Source: a virus
IMG/VR virus record: IMGVR_UViG_3300030329_004481
DNA length: 64,000 nt
Strand: one strand, 5' to 3'
Position numbers and translations under genes: made by a program. The notes beneath the pieces were generated by a model. It saw only the letters and a list, made by a program, of their open reading frames with translations. It did no database searches and was not told the DNA's origin. Numbering within the stretch: the first letter of the stretch is position 1; every line of letters begins with the position of its first letter. Shown here piece after piece: positions 55,601-64,000 of the stretch.

Positions 55601-58600
55601 AGTATATTCTGGAATATCAGCAATATAGAGCGTCATTGAATCTTCTTCATCTGCTGGAGCAATCGGATCAACTGAAGAAATTCCTTCAATAATTTTAAAA
55701 TTTCTATCTTTCGAAACTACTATCTTGTCTTTTCTTGGAAGATAATATTCAACATCCGTTGTAAACACAACATCTGAATCAGGTATTCTAGGATAAGTAT
55801 AACTCGCACCTTCAATTGATACACTATCAAAACTATAATCTGAAGACGCATCTCCATCAACTCTCCTTGGTCGAAAATCAACACAATTTCTCAAGTTTAC
55901 TTGTTTACCAGTTTTTGGACTTACAAATTCTGGAATACTTGAATAAGCAATGGTACTGTAAGAATCTACAGTAAATGGTCCATCAGTTGTTCCATGTGTG
56001 AAAAAATCAAATATTGCTAAAATTGGTGTTGTTGCTGCTGATTTTCCTGGTTTCAATGATATTGAACCATGATCATATATGTTATCTTTTTGCCCTGTAT
56101 TTAAATTATAATTATCTGTAATATTATTTGAATCAGAAGTTGAAGCAATTGCTGAACTTAAAACACCAGATGTAATTCCTGAAATATCAGATGTTGGTGA
56201 TTTAACAACAGCCAACAATGTACTAACATCAGAAGTTTTTAAACTAATCGTAGTATTAGAATAATCAGCTACAGAAGTTGCTTTATATTGCCCCAACCCT
56301 CTCAAGATAGTTTCATTACTTCCAGAAGTAAATGATGTTGTATTTCCTTGAACTAATGTTTTTGTGTTAAATGCCGCAGAAGCAACTGTAGAAAGATTAA
56401 TTGTTACATAAACATCAGCTTGGAAGGTATCTGAAGCACTTCCTGTATTAAGAGTTAACCCTGTTCCTGCTCCATTTAAATCTGCCGCTTGAGTACCAGT
56501 TCCAGGAATTATATTAATTATTTCTCCTGCTGATTTACCAGAACTCAATGGATCAGTAACAGTTACTATGATATTATTTAAAAATCCTGTGGTTCCTAAA
56601 GATTGTCCAGGAGTACCAGCAAAAGTTCCAGAGGTTATACTTTTAGTAAAAACACCCGCACTAAAACTTTGATTTTTAAATAAATGTTTTACAGAATAAA
56701 CATAATTACTAGAATTTGTTGGTTTTAAAGTTTTTACAACATTTTGTGGTAAATCATAAACCAATGAACTTTTGTCTGTTTCAAAAAATTTAGTTCCACT
56801 AGTATTATCCAAATTATCAACTCTACCATAAATTGAAATGTCTCCACTACTAACTACCTTAAAAGTGGAATTGGATGTTATTATTGAATCTAATTGTTTA
56901 GCTGTAAAATCTATTCGACAAGTATTACTTGAGACAATGTTAGTTAAAAATGCTTTATCAACCGTAACAGTGTTACCACTATGTACTGTTATTGTTCTTG
57001 TTTGACCAATAGCATCACCACTTGTCATTGTTATTTTTGCACCAACATAAGCTGAAGTAACTGCTGAAGATGTAGTTGAATCTAAATCAATAGTAAGATC
57101 ACCCGCAGTAGTTGTTCCAGAAGCAGATGAAGTAATACTAGTAATATCAGTATCATAGACATATAAATCATAAACTCCATCAGTTCCAGGAGTTCCAGTA
57201 AAATAATCAATTTGTCTTGGACGTGCCGTACCTATTTTAGTTAATTCATATGTAGATTGGGTTGTTGTAACAATATCTGTAGCAGCAACACAATGTAAAT
57301 CAATTTTTGATTGTGTACTAATATCAAAAGATTTTGATAAATTTGTTATTCTAAAATAATTGCCAAAATTTGGGTTTACTACCGCATTGAGTGCACTAGC
57401 TGTATCTCTACCTTTGCGCATATCAATAAAATTAGTTCCCATACTTTCATATTCATAACCTCTTATATACGCTTTTCCAGATTCTAATCCAACAGAAACT
57501 TTATCATTATTGACTATTCTTTGTGTTTCACCAGAACCAAGTGCATCAGTAACCGTCATTACAGTATTGCTTGTTATTCCTGTAATTGTTGTTGATGTTG
57601 AATTTACTGAACCATTTGTTAAATAAATTGAATCACCAACTCTAAAATCTATTTCAAATTTAGACGCAGATGAACCATTAATTGTTGTTGTAGAACTTGC
57701 AGTTGTTGTATAAACCGTGCCTTTATGATCATTAACATTTGATAAAAATGGTCTTACTGTGTAATTACCAGATTCATCAAAAGTTCTTCTTGACATTATA
57801 TTTTCAAGTTCTCCATACAATGGATAATTTACAATCTTTTCAATTTGTCCAGATCTAACTCTTAACAATTCAACAAAATTAGTATGAGATATTGTTGCTA
57901 ATGCATTTTTAGATAATATTAAAGATATTTTATATCTATCTGCTCCTGGAGCATTAACATTATATGAACCAGATGCATTATCTAATAATGTCAAATCATC
58001 ATCACTTGAAACAATTGATTCTGAAATGGTCAATCCAACTTTATAACTAGGAGTGTTATTATATTTTTCTAAAATTAAAGCTTGAGCATCAACCAAAACA
58101 AAAAATCCATTTACATAATAAACACCATCATTAATTGTTGCAACTGATGACAATCCACTAATTGTTCCTGATGCCGCAGTTACACAAGTTGTATCAGAAT
58201 CCGTAGCTATTTGAATATTTACACCTGTTGCTGTAATTTTATCACTTGCCATATATCTGACAACTAATGTTGGGGGATCAGTACCTTCTGAATCAGCAAC
58301 CGCAATACATTCTGCCAGAGTATTATTGTCAGTATCACCAACCAATTTTATTTTTTGATTTAAAAAGGATGATTGATTTGTAGTAGAATCTGCTAATCTT
58401 ATATAATAAACATTATTATCAAAACTAATTTCACCACCAGTTACTAAACTACCATCTTTATATAAAGAATCACCAAATCTTGAAATTTGATTTTGTAAAA
58501 ATGTTTGTATCTGTGTGAGTTCTCTAACTTGTAAAGAAACACCCGGTTGAAACAACAATCTAAGGAATTTTTTTGCTTCAGCGTAATCATCAAAATAAGG

Positions 58601-58639
58601 TGATTGCTGTAATGTAGAAAGTAAACTTAATGTAGCCAT
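52640..58639 (-). CDS. Large virion structural protein, VrlC/DUF4815-like
   Basis: SPYFDDY....F.R.LF.PG..LQ.RELTQ.Q, NAPGADRYK, RRTFDESGNY.V, RFTMRDIG.LEKRI..LEYYTSL, RFKNG..VD.F, P.AQTF, F..FAIKIVL...P.VKDLRVIAL. Confidence 0.9.
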   Translation of the reverse strand: MATLSLLSTLQQSPYFDDYAEAKKFLRLLFQPGVSLQVRELTQIQTFLQNQISRFGDSLYKDGSLVTGGEISFDNNVYYIRLADSTTNQSSFLNQKIKLVGDTDNNTLAECIAVADSEGTDPPTLVVRYMASDKITATGVNIQIATDSDTTCVTAASGTISGLSSVATINDGVYYVNGFFVLVDAQALILEKYNNTPSYKVGLTISESIVSSDDDLTLLDNASGSYNVNAPGADRYKISLILSKNALATISHTNFVELLRVRSGQIEKIVNYPLYGELENIMSRRTFDESGNYTVRPFLSNVNDHKGTVYTTTASSTTTINGSSASKFEIDFRVGDSIYLTNGSVNSTSTTITGITSNTVMTVTDALGSGETQRIVNNDKVSVGLESGKAYIRGYEYESMGTNFIDMRKGRDTASALNAVVNPNFGNYFRITNLSKSFDISTQSKIDLHCVAATDIVTTTQSTYELTKIGTARPRQIDYFTGTPGTDGVYDLYVYDTDITSITSSASGTTTAGDLTIDLDSTTSSAVTSAYVGAKITMTSGDAIGQTRTITVHSGNTVTVDKAFLTNIVSSNTCRIDFTAKQLDSIITSNSTFKVVSSGDISIYGRVDNLDNTSGTKFFETDKSSLVYDLPQNVVKTLKPTNSSNYVYSVKHLFKNQSFSAGVFTKSITSGTFAGTPGQSLGTTGFLNNIIVTVTDPLSSGKSAGEIINIIPGTGTQAADLNGAGTGLTLNTGSASDTFQADVYVTINLSTVASAAFNTKTLVQGNTTSFTSGSNETILRGLGQYKATSVADYSNTTISLKTSDVSTLLAVVKSPTSDISGITSGVLSSAIASTSDSNNITDNYNLNTGQKDNIYDHGSISLKPGKSAATTPILAIFDFFTHGTTDGPFTVDSYSTIAYSSIPEFVSPKTGKQVNLRNCVDFRPRRVDGDASSDYSFDSVSIEGASYTYPRIPDSDVVFTTDVEYYLPRKDKIVVSKDRNFKIIEGISSVDPIAPADEEDSMTLYIADIPEYTFNLNDIDLQYIENKRFTMRDIGSLEKRIEQLEYYTSLTFLEKDAKDQPIFTDSGVERFKNGILVDQFTGHSVGDVVDDDYKISIDYDKSILRPSYTSENFKFEFNPSQNGTNVIKTGDLVSVAYTNSDFVVQPVTTGTEVVNPFGSTPFSGTMLLTPPSDTWFSQSKYVDVLMNLEGQNDNWSASRYNFGFGTQWDSWSKNWTGEEINTDDLTKTRKKKSITTQVDRSAKTIEESISREGILSKNQPETIKKTVNNKIVNDTIIPYSREQTVIFKAEGLKPKALHYVYIDDVNVTSQSESAVKLTTSTQTPFEANEGELVRIHKTGATDVFGTLVATDVNGNTTFLIANTSNNWLDSGIAGSGTEIQATYIDSSGSTTKEATLTADVANTGFVPDATGVLCGSIKINSGQFRAGERVIRITDQSDNIVSETTSVSEKVFHIKGLESVSDGDVISTRSALVRRDDITSNILTKDSVTRKNPSSNFTNPMAQTFYVDEARYPNGTFISSISLYFNNKDTELPITLQIRPMVNGVPSSSVVLPFSEKSLLPGQVSIENSPDSTSATSGTKFTFSSPVYLPPGEHCFTVQTNSSNYKVHNSVEGNIVTNTTVLNTKAGKSTEVGKLFIAQNASLWNPIYNRTLMFKIEKCAFQTTSSVANQIALNVVPKSLSGSTSHTYFDLMKLNSSDLRFSSSVLDYEYQTTTADAGTRETSYTSILAGKNENFSERKWIRTDNFDGTSRPDFLLRVGMSTTDPNVSPIIDLSRLNLITVKNNIQNGGFTNDDVSIISPGTGYSAGTLAINGSTGSSGQVTLAVDGSGVITGATVSSAGSGYFDDASVTLSGGSGGEIKISSETNQNGGNNIARYITRRVSLASGFDAEDLKVYLRAYKPSTSNIIAYYKVLSAGDSESFDDKYWIKMSQVTDSNLFSSNDNDFQTFEFRTVNDTAEYTAGNNTYNNFRTFAIKIVLASSSFVDIPKVKDLRVIALDT

Positions 58640-58643
58640 ATTT

Positions 58644-60398
58644 TTAGAATTCTATGATTAGTTTGATATCTTCTGTTTGGTCAGCCGCTCTTGCGATTGG
58701 TGATCTGTTTTCAACATAAAGTAATGAACCACTGTATGGTTTCATTTCACCAGCAGTGATTGAAGTAATTACCGCAGTACTTCCTGAACAACTAACATTT
58801 TCTTGTTGAAATCCGCCTGGAAGACCAGAAACAGTTCCGCCCGCGGGATTTGTCATGTCAACACCATTGGTTTCAGCATTACCTAATATTTTATTAGTAT
58901 CAGATGGTCCAAGATCAACATTAATACATCTTAAATCTTTGAAGGCAATACCACCAACTGTAACATCTGTAACATCAACAATTTTTGCTTGAGCTCCTGA
59001 AGATGCACCAACAATAACGTTATCAGCTATGAAATTAGAACCATTAATTGTTCCAATTCTTACTGTTATTGCTTGAGTTCCTGCTGTAGCAACAAATCTG
59101 TGAGTAGCATTTGCAGCAATAGGACTTTGAACAACACCTATTTGTCTAAAATCATTAGATGTTGTAAATTTTCCGCCCTCACTTTGTTCCAATCTTGTAT
59201 TGATCATTAAAAAATTTCCACCACATTCTTCAACTAAATTATAACCATGGCCACCTTTTGGTGAAATAATTGGTTTAATAACTGCTCCAGCACCTGATGA
59301 TTGAGGTTGAATAACTTTTGCTTCCGCTTGACCATAGTTTGAACCAACATCACCAGAAAAAACTGCACCAATTGTTCCACCAGTAGCACCCTCTACGCAT
59401 CTTGCTGATGCCCCAGTACCATCTCCGTAAATTTTAACTTGTGGAAAAATACTAAATGCACCAGTGGCCGCAGTTGATAAAGCTGAATCTAATGTAAATG
59501 TTCCTTTTCCAGACCCAACATCATATGAGTAATCTGTAACTTTTCTAATAACATTATTAACATAAACACCGGAATTATTATAAACATCATTTGTTTCATT
59601 AATTCCAGTTGTCGTTGTTACAATTTGTGTTGTGGATGAGTCATTAGATCCATCTAAACAAGTACCATTAAAAAATTGATAGTTCGCACCAGCATTTTGG
59701 ATTTCATAAACATCAATAGATCCGTTAACTGTATTTTTTTCAATATCAAATTGAGCAGAACCATCATCTGTTGGCATTCCAGTAGTTCCTGTCATTCCAA
59801 TAGCGTTAGCATTTCTTATTGTTTTTACTGGAATATAATTTGGAGTCACAAATTTAAGTGCCTCTGCCGCAGTAATTGTATATAAGTATTTCCACTTATA
59901 ATTATCTTGACCATACTTATCATCAATTGCACCAGCTTCAGAACTAACAGAAATTGGCTGTGATGTTGACGTTGCATTATTTGCATTATCCATACACTTA
60001 TACACATTAAAATCTTGTGTCATAACAATCAACGGACTTGTTGTGTTTGTGTGCAATTCATGATCATTATCATTGTATTGTGTATATACTGTTCCAGAAG
60101 TCCAATTATATCTTGGTATAACGTGTGAAACATCAGCGGAAGTAATTTTCTTTGCCGCTATCATTGTATCCCAAGGTTCATAAGTATTTTGTTTAGTTGT
60201 ATCTGTTGGATCAGGTGGTGCATTATCATCGTCCCAAACAGTTGTTCTTCCAATAAAAGTATAATAGTGTTCATCTAATGTTGTTGCATCTTCTGATCCT
60301 GTTACACCAGAACCGCCCCAAGCAGCAGATTCATCGATACTCTCTTTGAATTGTTTGGCGTTGTGCACTCTAAATTTTCGTGTGACTAAAGCAGGCAT
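58644..60398 (-). CDS. 8: Baseplate wedge subunit (T4 gp8-like)
   Basis: FR.HNA..F, MIAAKKI...D...VIPRYNW.SG, FNVYKC..N, YKWKYLYTI, ISPKGGHG, NDFRQIG, SG.LLYVENR.PI.RA.DQTEDIKLIIEF. Confidence 0.9.
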   Translation of the reverse strand: MPALVTRKFRVHNAKQFKESIDESAAWGGSGVTGSEDATTLDEHYYTFIGRTTVWDDDNAPPDPTDTTKQNTYEPWDTMIAAKKITSADVSHVIPRYNWTSGTVYTQYNDNDHELHTNTTSPLIVMTQDFNVYKCMDNANNATSTSQPISVSSEAGAIDDKYGQDNYKWKYLYTITAAEALKFVTPNYIPVKTIRNANAIGMTGTTGMPTDDGSAQFDIEKNTVNGSIDVYEIQNAGANYQFFNGTCLDGSNDSSTTQIVTTTTGINETNDVYNNSGVYVNNVIRKVTDYSYDVGSGKGTFTLDSALSTAATGAFSIFPQVKIYGDGTGASARCVEGATGGTIGAVFSGDVGSNYGQAEAKVIQPQSSGAGAVIKPIISPKGGHGYNLVEECGGNFLMINTRLEQSEGGKFTTSNDFRQIGVVQSPIAANATHRFVATAGTQAITVRIGTINGSNFIADNVIVGASSGAQAKIVDVTDVTVGGIAFKDLRCINVDLGPSDTNKILGNAETNGVDMTNPAGGTVSGLPGGFQQENVSCSGSTAVITSITAGEMKPYSGSLLYVENRSPIARAADQTEDIKLIIEF

Positions 60399-60431
60399 TA
60401 ATTACTCCTAATTATAATAAATCTTTATGTT

Positions 60432-60439
60432 TATTTATG
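60432..60439 (-). promoter_or_regulatory. Late-promoter variant (CATAAATA) upstream of gp8
   Basis: Overlaps the gp7 stop, ~35 nt before the gp8 ATG (GGAG SD present). Confidence 0.45.
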
Positions 60440-63400
60440 TTCTTTTCATAATTGTTTGATTTTCTAAAGTAAATAAAGCTGGAATACTTGAAGCACTGTT
60501 ATCCCAACCATAATTTTCTCTATACCTTACAGGTTGATGTAATGTTACTTTATACGGATCTACAGATTTTATGGTATGAAATTGATAATCTGATATTAGA
60601 AATGGCCAGTCCGTAGCATTAGGTCCACCAACAATAACACCCTCCATTCGTATTGTAAAATTATTTAGTTCTGAAACAATGCTATCACCATCTTCCAAAA
60701 TAATACTATCCAATGATTCCAATTTTCTTCTATCAACAAAGAATTCATCATCAGAACTAAAAATATTTGTCATATCATTTGTTGGACTATGCCAATTATA
60801 AGTATAAATCTTTTCATTTGAATAATAACCAATTCTTTCACTTTGTAAAACTTCTATTGTGCTTTTTGTCCATAATTCATCACTTACTTTATAAATTCTT
60901 GGCCAATCTGCTCCATCAAAAATTGTTGTCAAATTTGTATAATCATCAAAATAATATCCATCACTCCTAATTAATGTTACAGTTGAATCTTTAATACTAA
61001 CATTTTTTGTTAACAATTTTTGATTTCTTAAAACATCACCAAGAGTTCCTTTTGAACTTATCATGACAGTTTCATCATCACTTAAATATAATCCAGCACC
61101 AGTTGTTTCAAGAACAGCACTTCCTCCGTCAACAGAAGAATTAAATATGGTATTCCAATAAGCATCTCCACCATCTGTAGTTGTTTCATGTGAAACTGTA
61201 CTTGTAGCTCCACCATCAGTTGCATTTTGAGGCCTTTGTTTTACTTTTATATAACTACTAATAATTGTCAATGGTGCATTGTGTGTTGAACCACTACCTT
61301 GTATATCTGCTCCTGAAAATTTTAAAGTAAAAGAAGTTCCAGATGTTTGTGTTATATCACTTTGTTTTACTAATCTATCACCAATGAATATTTGCAAAGT
61401 ATTTGGTTCATAAGTATGAGTAAATGTAAATTCTGTTGTAGAAGAAGCAATATTGAAATCTGACATATCAATATATTTTTTGCTGTAATGTGGAAAAATT
61501 TGTCCTAACTCATAACTTTGTATTTTAGACCAAAATCTAACATCATCCCAAATTTTTTCAAATCCAGATTCTTTATCAACTTTATGAGTTTCCATTCTAT
61601 TTGCTGCTACAGTAGCGGTTGTTCCATTTTTTAATGGAATACCATCAATATAAATAATTCCTTGTTCTTCAACTTCCATGTAGAAATCCCAATTCCTATC
61701 ACTCTTAATTGTTTTTTCTGGAATTTGAGCATCTATCAATGGTGCCTCAATAATCAACATTAAATCTCTATACTGTGTCAATCCTCTAGAATCTAAAGTA
61801 TTAATACTATTTTTACCTTGATCAAACATTGCCGCTTCAATTTCGGATCTAACAATAACTTCACCAAACAATTCAGTTCCTGCGGGGTGGACCGTGTTTA
61901 AAACTAAATCTCTATAATTGTTAATGTCTTGGTCAGCTAATATGACATAAGAAAAATCTTGATAATATTTACTATCTTGTAATTTTTTCTGTGAACTTAA
62001 CTGTCCATCAGTTCCAACATAATAACCATCATAATATCTTACTGAATCTAAAAGTAATGTAGCATTAGCTGTTCCATCACCAAATCCTGTAAAGTCTATT
62101 TGAGGGACAGTAGTTGTAAAGGCGGCACCAGGATTTCTAACAATAACATCTTGAATTTGTCCTCCCATAGTAGCTACCTCTAGAGAACCATTATTTCCAA
62201 AAGGACCGATGCCAGTATCAGGCAATCCATTTACTTCTTGGAAATCATCATTTACTTTTATAGAAACCGTTGGTGTACCCTTATATAATCTACCAAAATC
62301 TGTTATTTCAATTGTTCCTATTTGACCAATAGTCTTATCTGAATAATCCAATATTCCTGATAAACTTGTTGAAAAACTTGTTATTGGTCTAAAAAGTTCT
62401 GATATTAATTGATCACCATCTTCTGTTATTAGATTACTAGGGTTTTCCGTTGTAAAGTTTTCTAGTCTTTGTCCAAAAATTCCAGAATATGTTGTATTAG
62501 AACTATTATCATTGTAATTACTTTGATTAATATAAACATCATTTGAATATTCAAAATTTGATTCAACCGCAGAAAAAAGATGTGGTGTGTATGCAAATTC
62601 ATCTTCTCTAAAAGCATTACAATAATCAGTTGTTGTAAATGGTGTACCATCAAGGACTGAATATCTAAAAACTGTATTAGAAAAGGTTTCTAATACAACA
62701 CCCCTTTTAGTTGAAGAAGCATGATCATAAACAGAATGGTTTGATAACAAAAATCCCTTTCTTATGGGAATATCTGTTTCTGTTGATAATGTTATTATAT
62801 GAGTGTTTGTTAATTCATAAACTTTTTGATCATTAACGGAAACAATTGATGTTGTTCCTTCTAACAAAGAAGATATTTTTGCTTGTGCACTAGATTGTGG
62901 ATCTTTTCCTGTATTATCAAAATCTACAATATCATTATTTGAATAACCAAAACCACGTCCAGTTAAAGAAATGTTTGTAACTTGGTCATTACTAGTTTTT
63001 CCAACAACAATTTCTTGTCCTACTCCCGCACCACCAACTAATGGAACTTTATTTTCAAAAAATACATTACCATCACCAGTATAACCATTTCCAGGATTAA
63101 TTACAGAAATAGCATTAATTGTGGGATCAGTTGCAACCATTCCTAATAATACTGTATTTGCATAAGTACCATCAGAATTAGGACTTGTAGCTTGAATAGT
63201 TTCTCCAAGAGAAAATTTTCCAATCATATTTTTTAAATACAACTCAATAACATTTACTGTTGAAATTTTCTTTAACGCCAATTCTGTAATGAACCCTTTA
63301 GCACCAGAAGTTTGTCCTACTACATCTTTTGCTAAAAAATCATAATTGGTTGAAACCTGAGAAACTTGTAAAGTCGTACTTTGGACCCATTGTCCGTCTG

Positions 63401-64000
63401 ATAGTTTAAGTAAATCATTTTTTGGATAATAGAATTCTAAATGTTCTTTAAGCCTTCCTCTAACTTGACCAAAAGCTAATCTAAATAACGCTTTATAAGA
63501 ACGTTCATTTCCTTTATCAAGATACAATTCCTTAACATGCTTTGCAAATAATTTTTTGTCAATTAAAATATTTTCTGGGAAATTTTCAAACAATTCGTGT
63601 CTATAGTTGTAAATATATTCATTATTTGGTGAATTTACATCTGACCAATCCCATGTAGTATCTCTTGCATTTAAAGGATTTCTTCTATAATGACTTAATA
63701 TTGCTGATCCTGTAGAAGTAGATATTGTTTCACCATCATCAAAATGTGAACCATTAGTTGGATGAACATAAATGTAAACACCTTCCCCCAAATTTTTTGA
63801 GGTATCTACTGATAATATTTTTCCTGTTGCTTTACTTGTTGTTCCCGTAAGCACAGTTCCTTCAACAAAAGTTCCTGTAACATCAGTTGAACATAATTGT
63901 ATTGATTCTAAAAATTGATAATAACTTTTTAGAAACTTTACAAATTGCGGATTTTCATCCCTTAGTGCTTCAGGAACATGAAAATCAATTACTGAAGATA
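60435..64000 (-). CDS. 7: Baseplate wedge initiator (T4 gp7-like), 5' end beyond the window
   Basis: Frame stays open from 63854 to the edge (SSVIDFHVPEALRDENPQFVKFLKSYYQFLE); LY..KG...SY..LFR, LQDSKYYQDFSYVI, VHPAG..LFGE. Confidence 0.88.
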   Translation of the reverse strand, partial: SSVIDFHVPEALRDENPQFVKFLKSYYQFLESIQLCSTDVTGTFVEGTVLTGTTSKATGKILSVDTSKNLGEGVYIYVHPTNGSHFDDGETISTSTGSAILSHYRRNPLNARDTTWDWSDVNSPNNEYIYNYRHELFENFPENILIDKKLFAKHVKELYLDKGNERSYKALFRLAFGQVRGRLKEHLEFYYPKNDLLKLSDGQWVQSTTLQVSQVSTNYDFLAKDVVGQTSGAKGFITELALKKISTVNVIELYLKNMIGKFSLGETIQATSPNSDGTYANTVLLGMVATDPTINAISVINPGNGYTGDGNVFFENKVPLVGGAGVGQEIVVGKTSNDQVTNISLTGRGFGYSNNDIVDFDNTGKDPQSSAQAKISSLLEGTTSIVSVNDQKVYELTNTHIITLSTETDIPIRKGFLLSNHSVYDHASSTKRGVVLETFSNTVFRYSVLDGTPFTTTDYCNAFREDEFAYTPHLFSAVESNFEYSNDVYINQSNYNDNSSNTTYSGIFGQRLENFTTENPSNLITEDGDQLISELFRPITSFSTSLSGILDYSDKTIGQIGTIEITDFGRLYKGTPTVSIKVNDDFQEVNGLPDTGIGPFGNNGSLEVATMGGQIQDVIVRNPGAAFTTTVPQIDFTGFGDGTANATLLLDSVRYYDGYYVGTDGQLSSQKKLQDSKYYQDFSYVILADQDINNYRDLVLNTVHPAGTELFGEVIVRSEIEAAMFDQGKNSINTLDSRGLTQYRDLMLIIEAPLIDAQIPEKTIKSDRNWDFYMEVEEQGIIYIDGIPLKNGTTATVAANRMETHKVDKESGFEKIWDDVRFWSKIQSYELGQIFPHYSKKYIDMSDFNIASSTTEFTFTHTYEPNTLQIFIGDRLVKQSDITQTSGTSFTLKFSGADIQGSGSTHNAPLTIISSYIKVKQRPQNATDGGATSTVSHETTTDGGDAYWNTIFNSSVDGGSAVLETTGAGLYLSDDETVMISSKGTLGDVLRNQKLLTKNVSIKDSTVTLIRSDGYYFDDYTNLTTIFDGADWPRIYKVSDELWTKSTIEVLQSERIGYYSNEKIYTYNWHSPTNDMTNIFSSDDEFFVDRRKLESLDSIILEDGDSIVSELNNFTIRMEGVIVGGPNATDWPFLISDYQFHTIKSVDPYKVTLHQPVRYRENYGWDNSASSIPALFTLENQTIMKRT

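Noticed and set aside
1-64000. tRNA/rRNA genes, introns, inteins or stop-codon recoding
   Set aside because: Intergenic gaps are too small and no cloverleaf was seen; core genes are uninterrupted under the standard code, with TAA, TAG and TGA all used as stops.

Overview
This is an AT-rich fragment of a large T4-like myophage, probably marine or aquatic, read mostly on the minus strand. It covers the virion module: baseplate gp7 (truncated by the right edge), gp8, a ~2000-aa VrlC-like protein, fibre-like proteins, neck gp13/gp14, tail terminator gp15 and small terminase gp16. T4-type late promoter boxes (TATAAATA and variants) are present. Two accessory regions interrupt it. (1) A ~32 kb island (14173-46433) of 38 tightly packed genes, almost all modifying enzymes, lies between the fibre genes and gp13. 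It holds 10 radical SAM enzymes (6 N-terminal twitch type, 2 B12-binding), 11 Fe(II)/2OG- or cupin-type oxygenases, 3 glycosyltransferases, 2 sulfotransferases, 2 PLP enzymes, methyltransferase-like proteins, a desaturase, an epimerase, an SDR and a kinase-like protein. It looks like a virion or fibre decorating pathway. (2) Downstream of gp16 is a host-like envelope block (cytochrome c, amino-acid ABC binding protein, Usg, lipoprotein, orphan Pycsar-effector-family protein). It is followed by five consecutive genes that all begin with a 10-residue T4 internal-protein capsid-targeting-like leader ending in Glu10. Their cargo includes a CCA-type nucleotidyltransferase fused to a 2H phosphoesterase, a T3-SAMase-like SAM lyase and a kinase-HAD phosphatase fusion, i.e. 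a candidate packaged-and-injected anti-defence/tRNA-repair kit. All assignments come from motif reading by eye; no database search was run.
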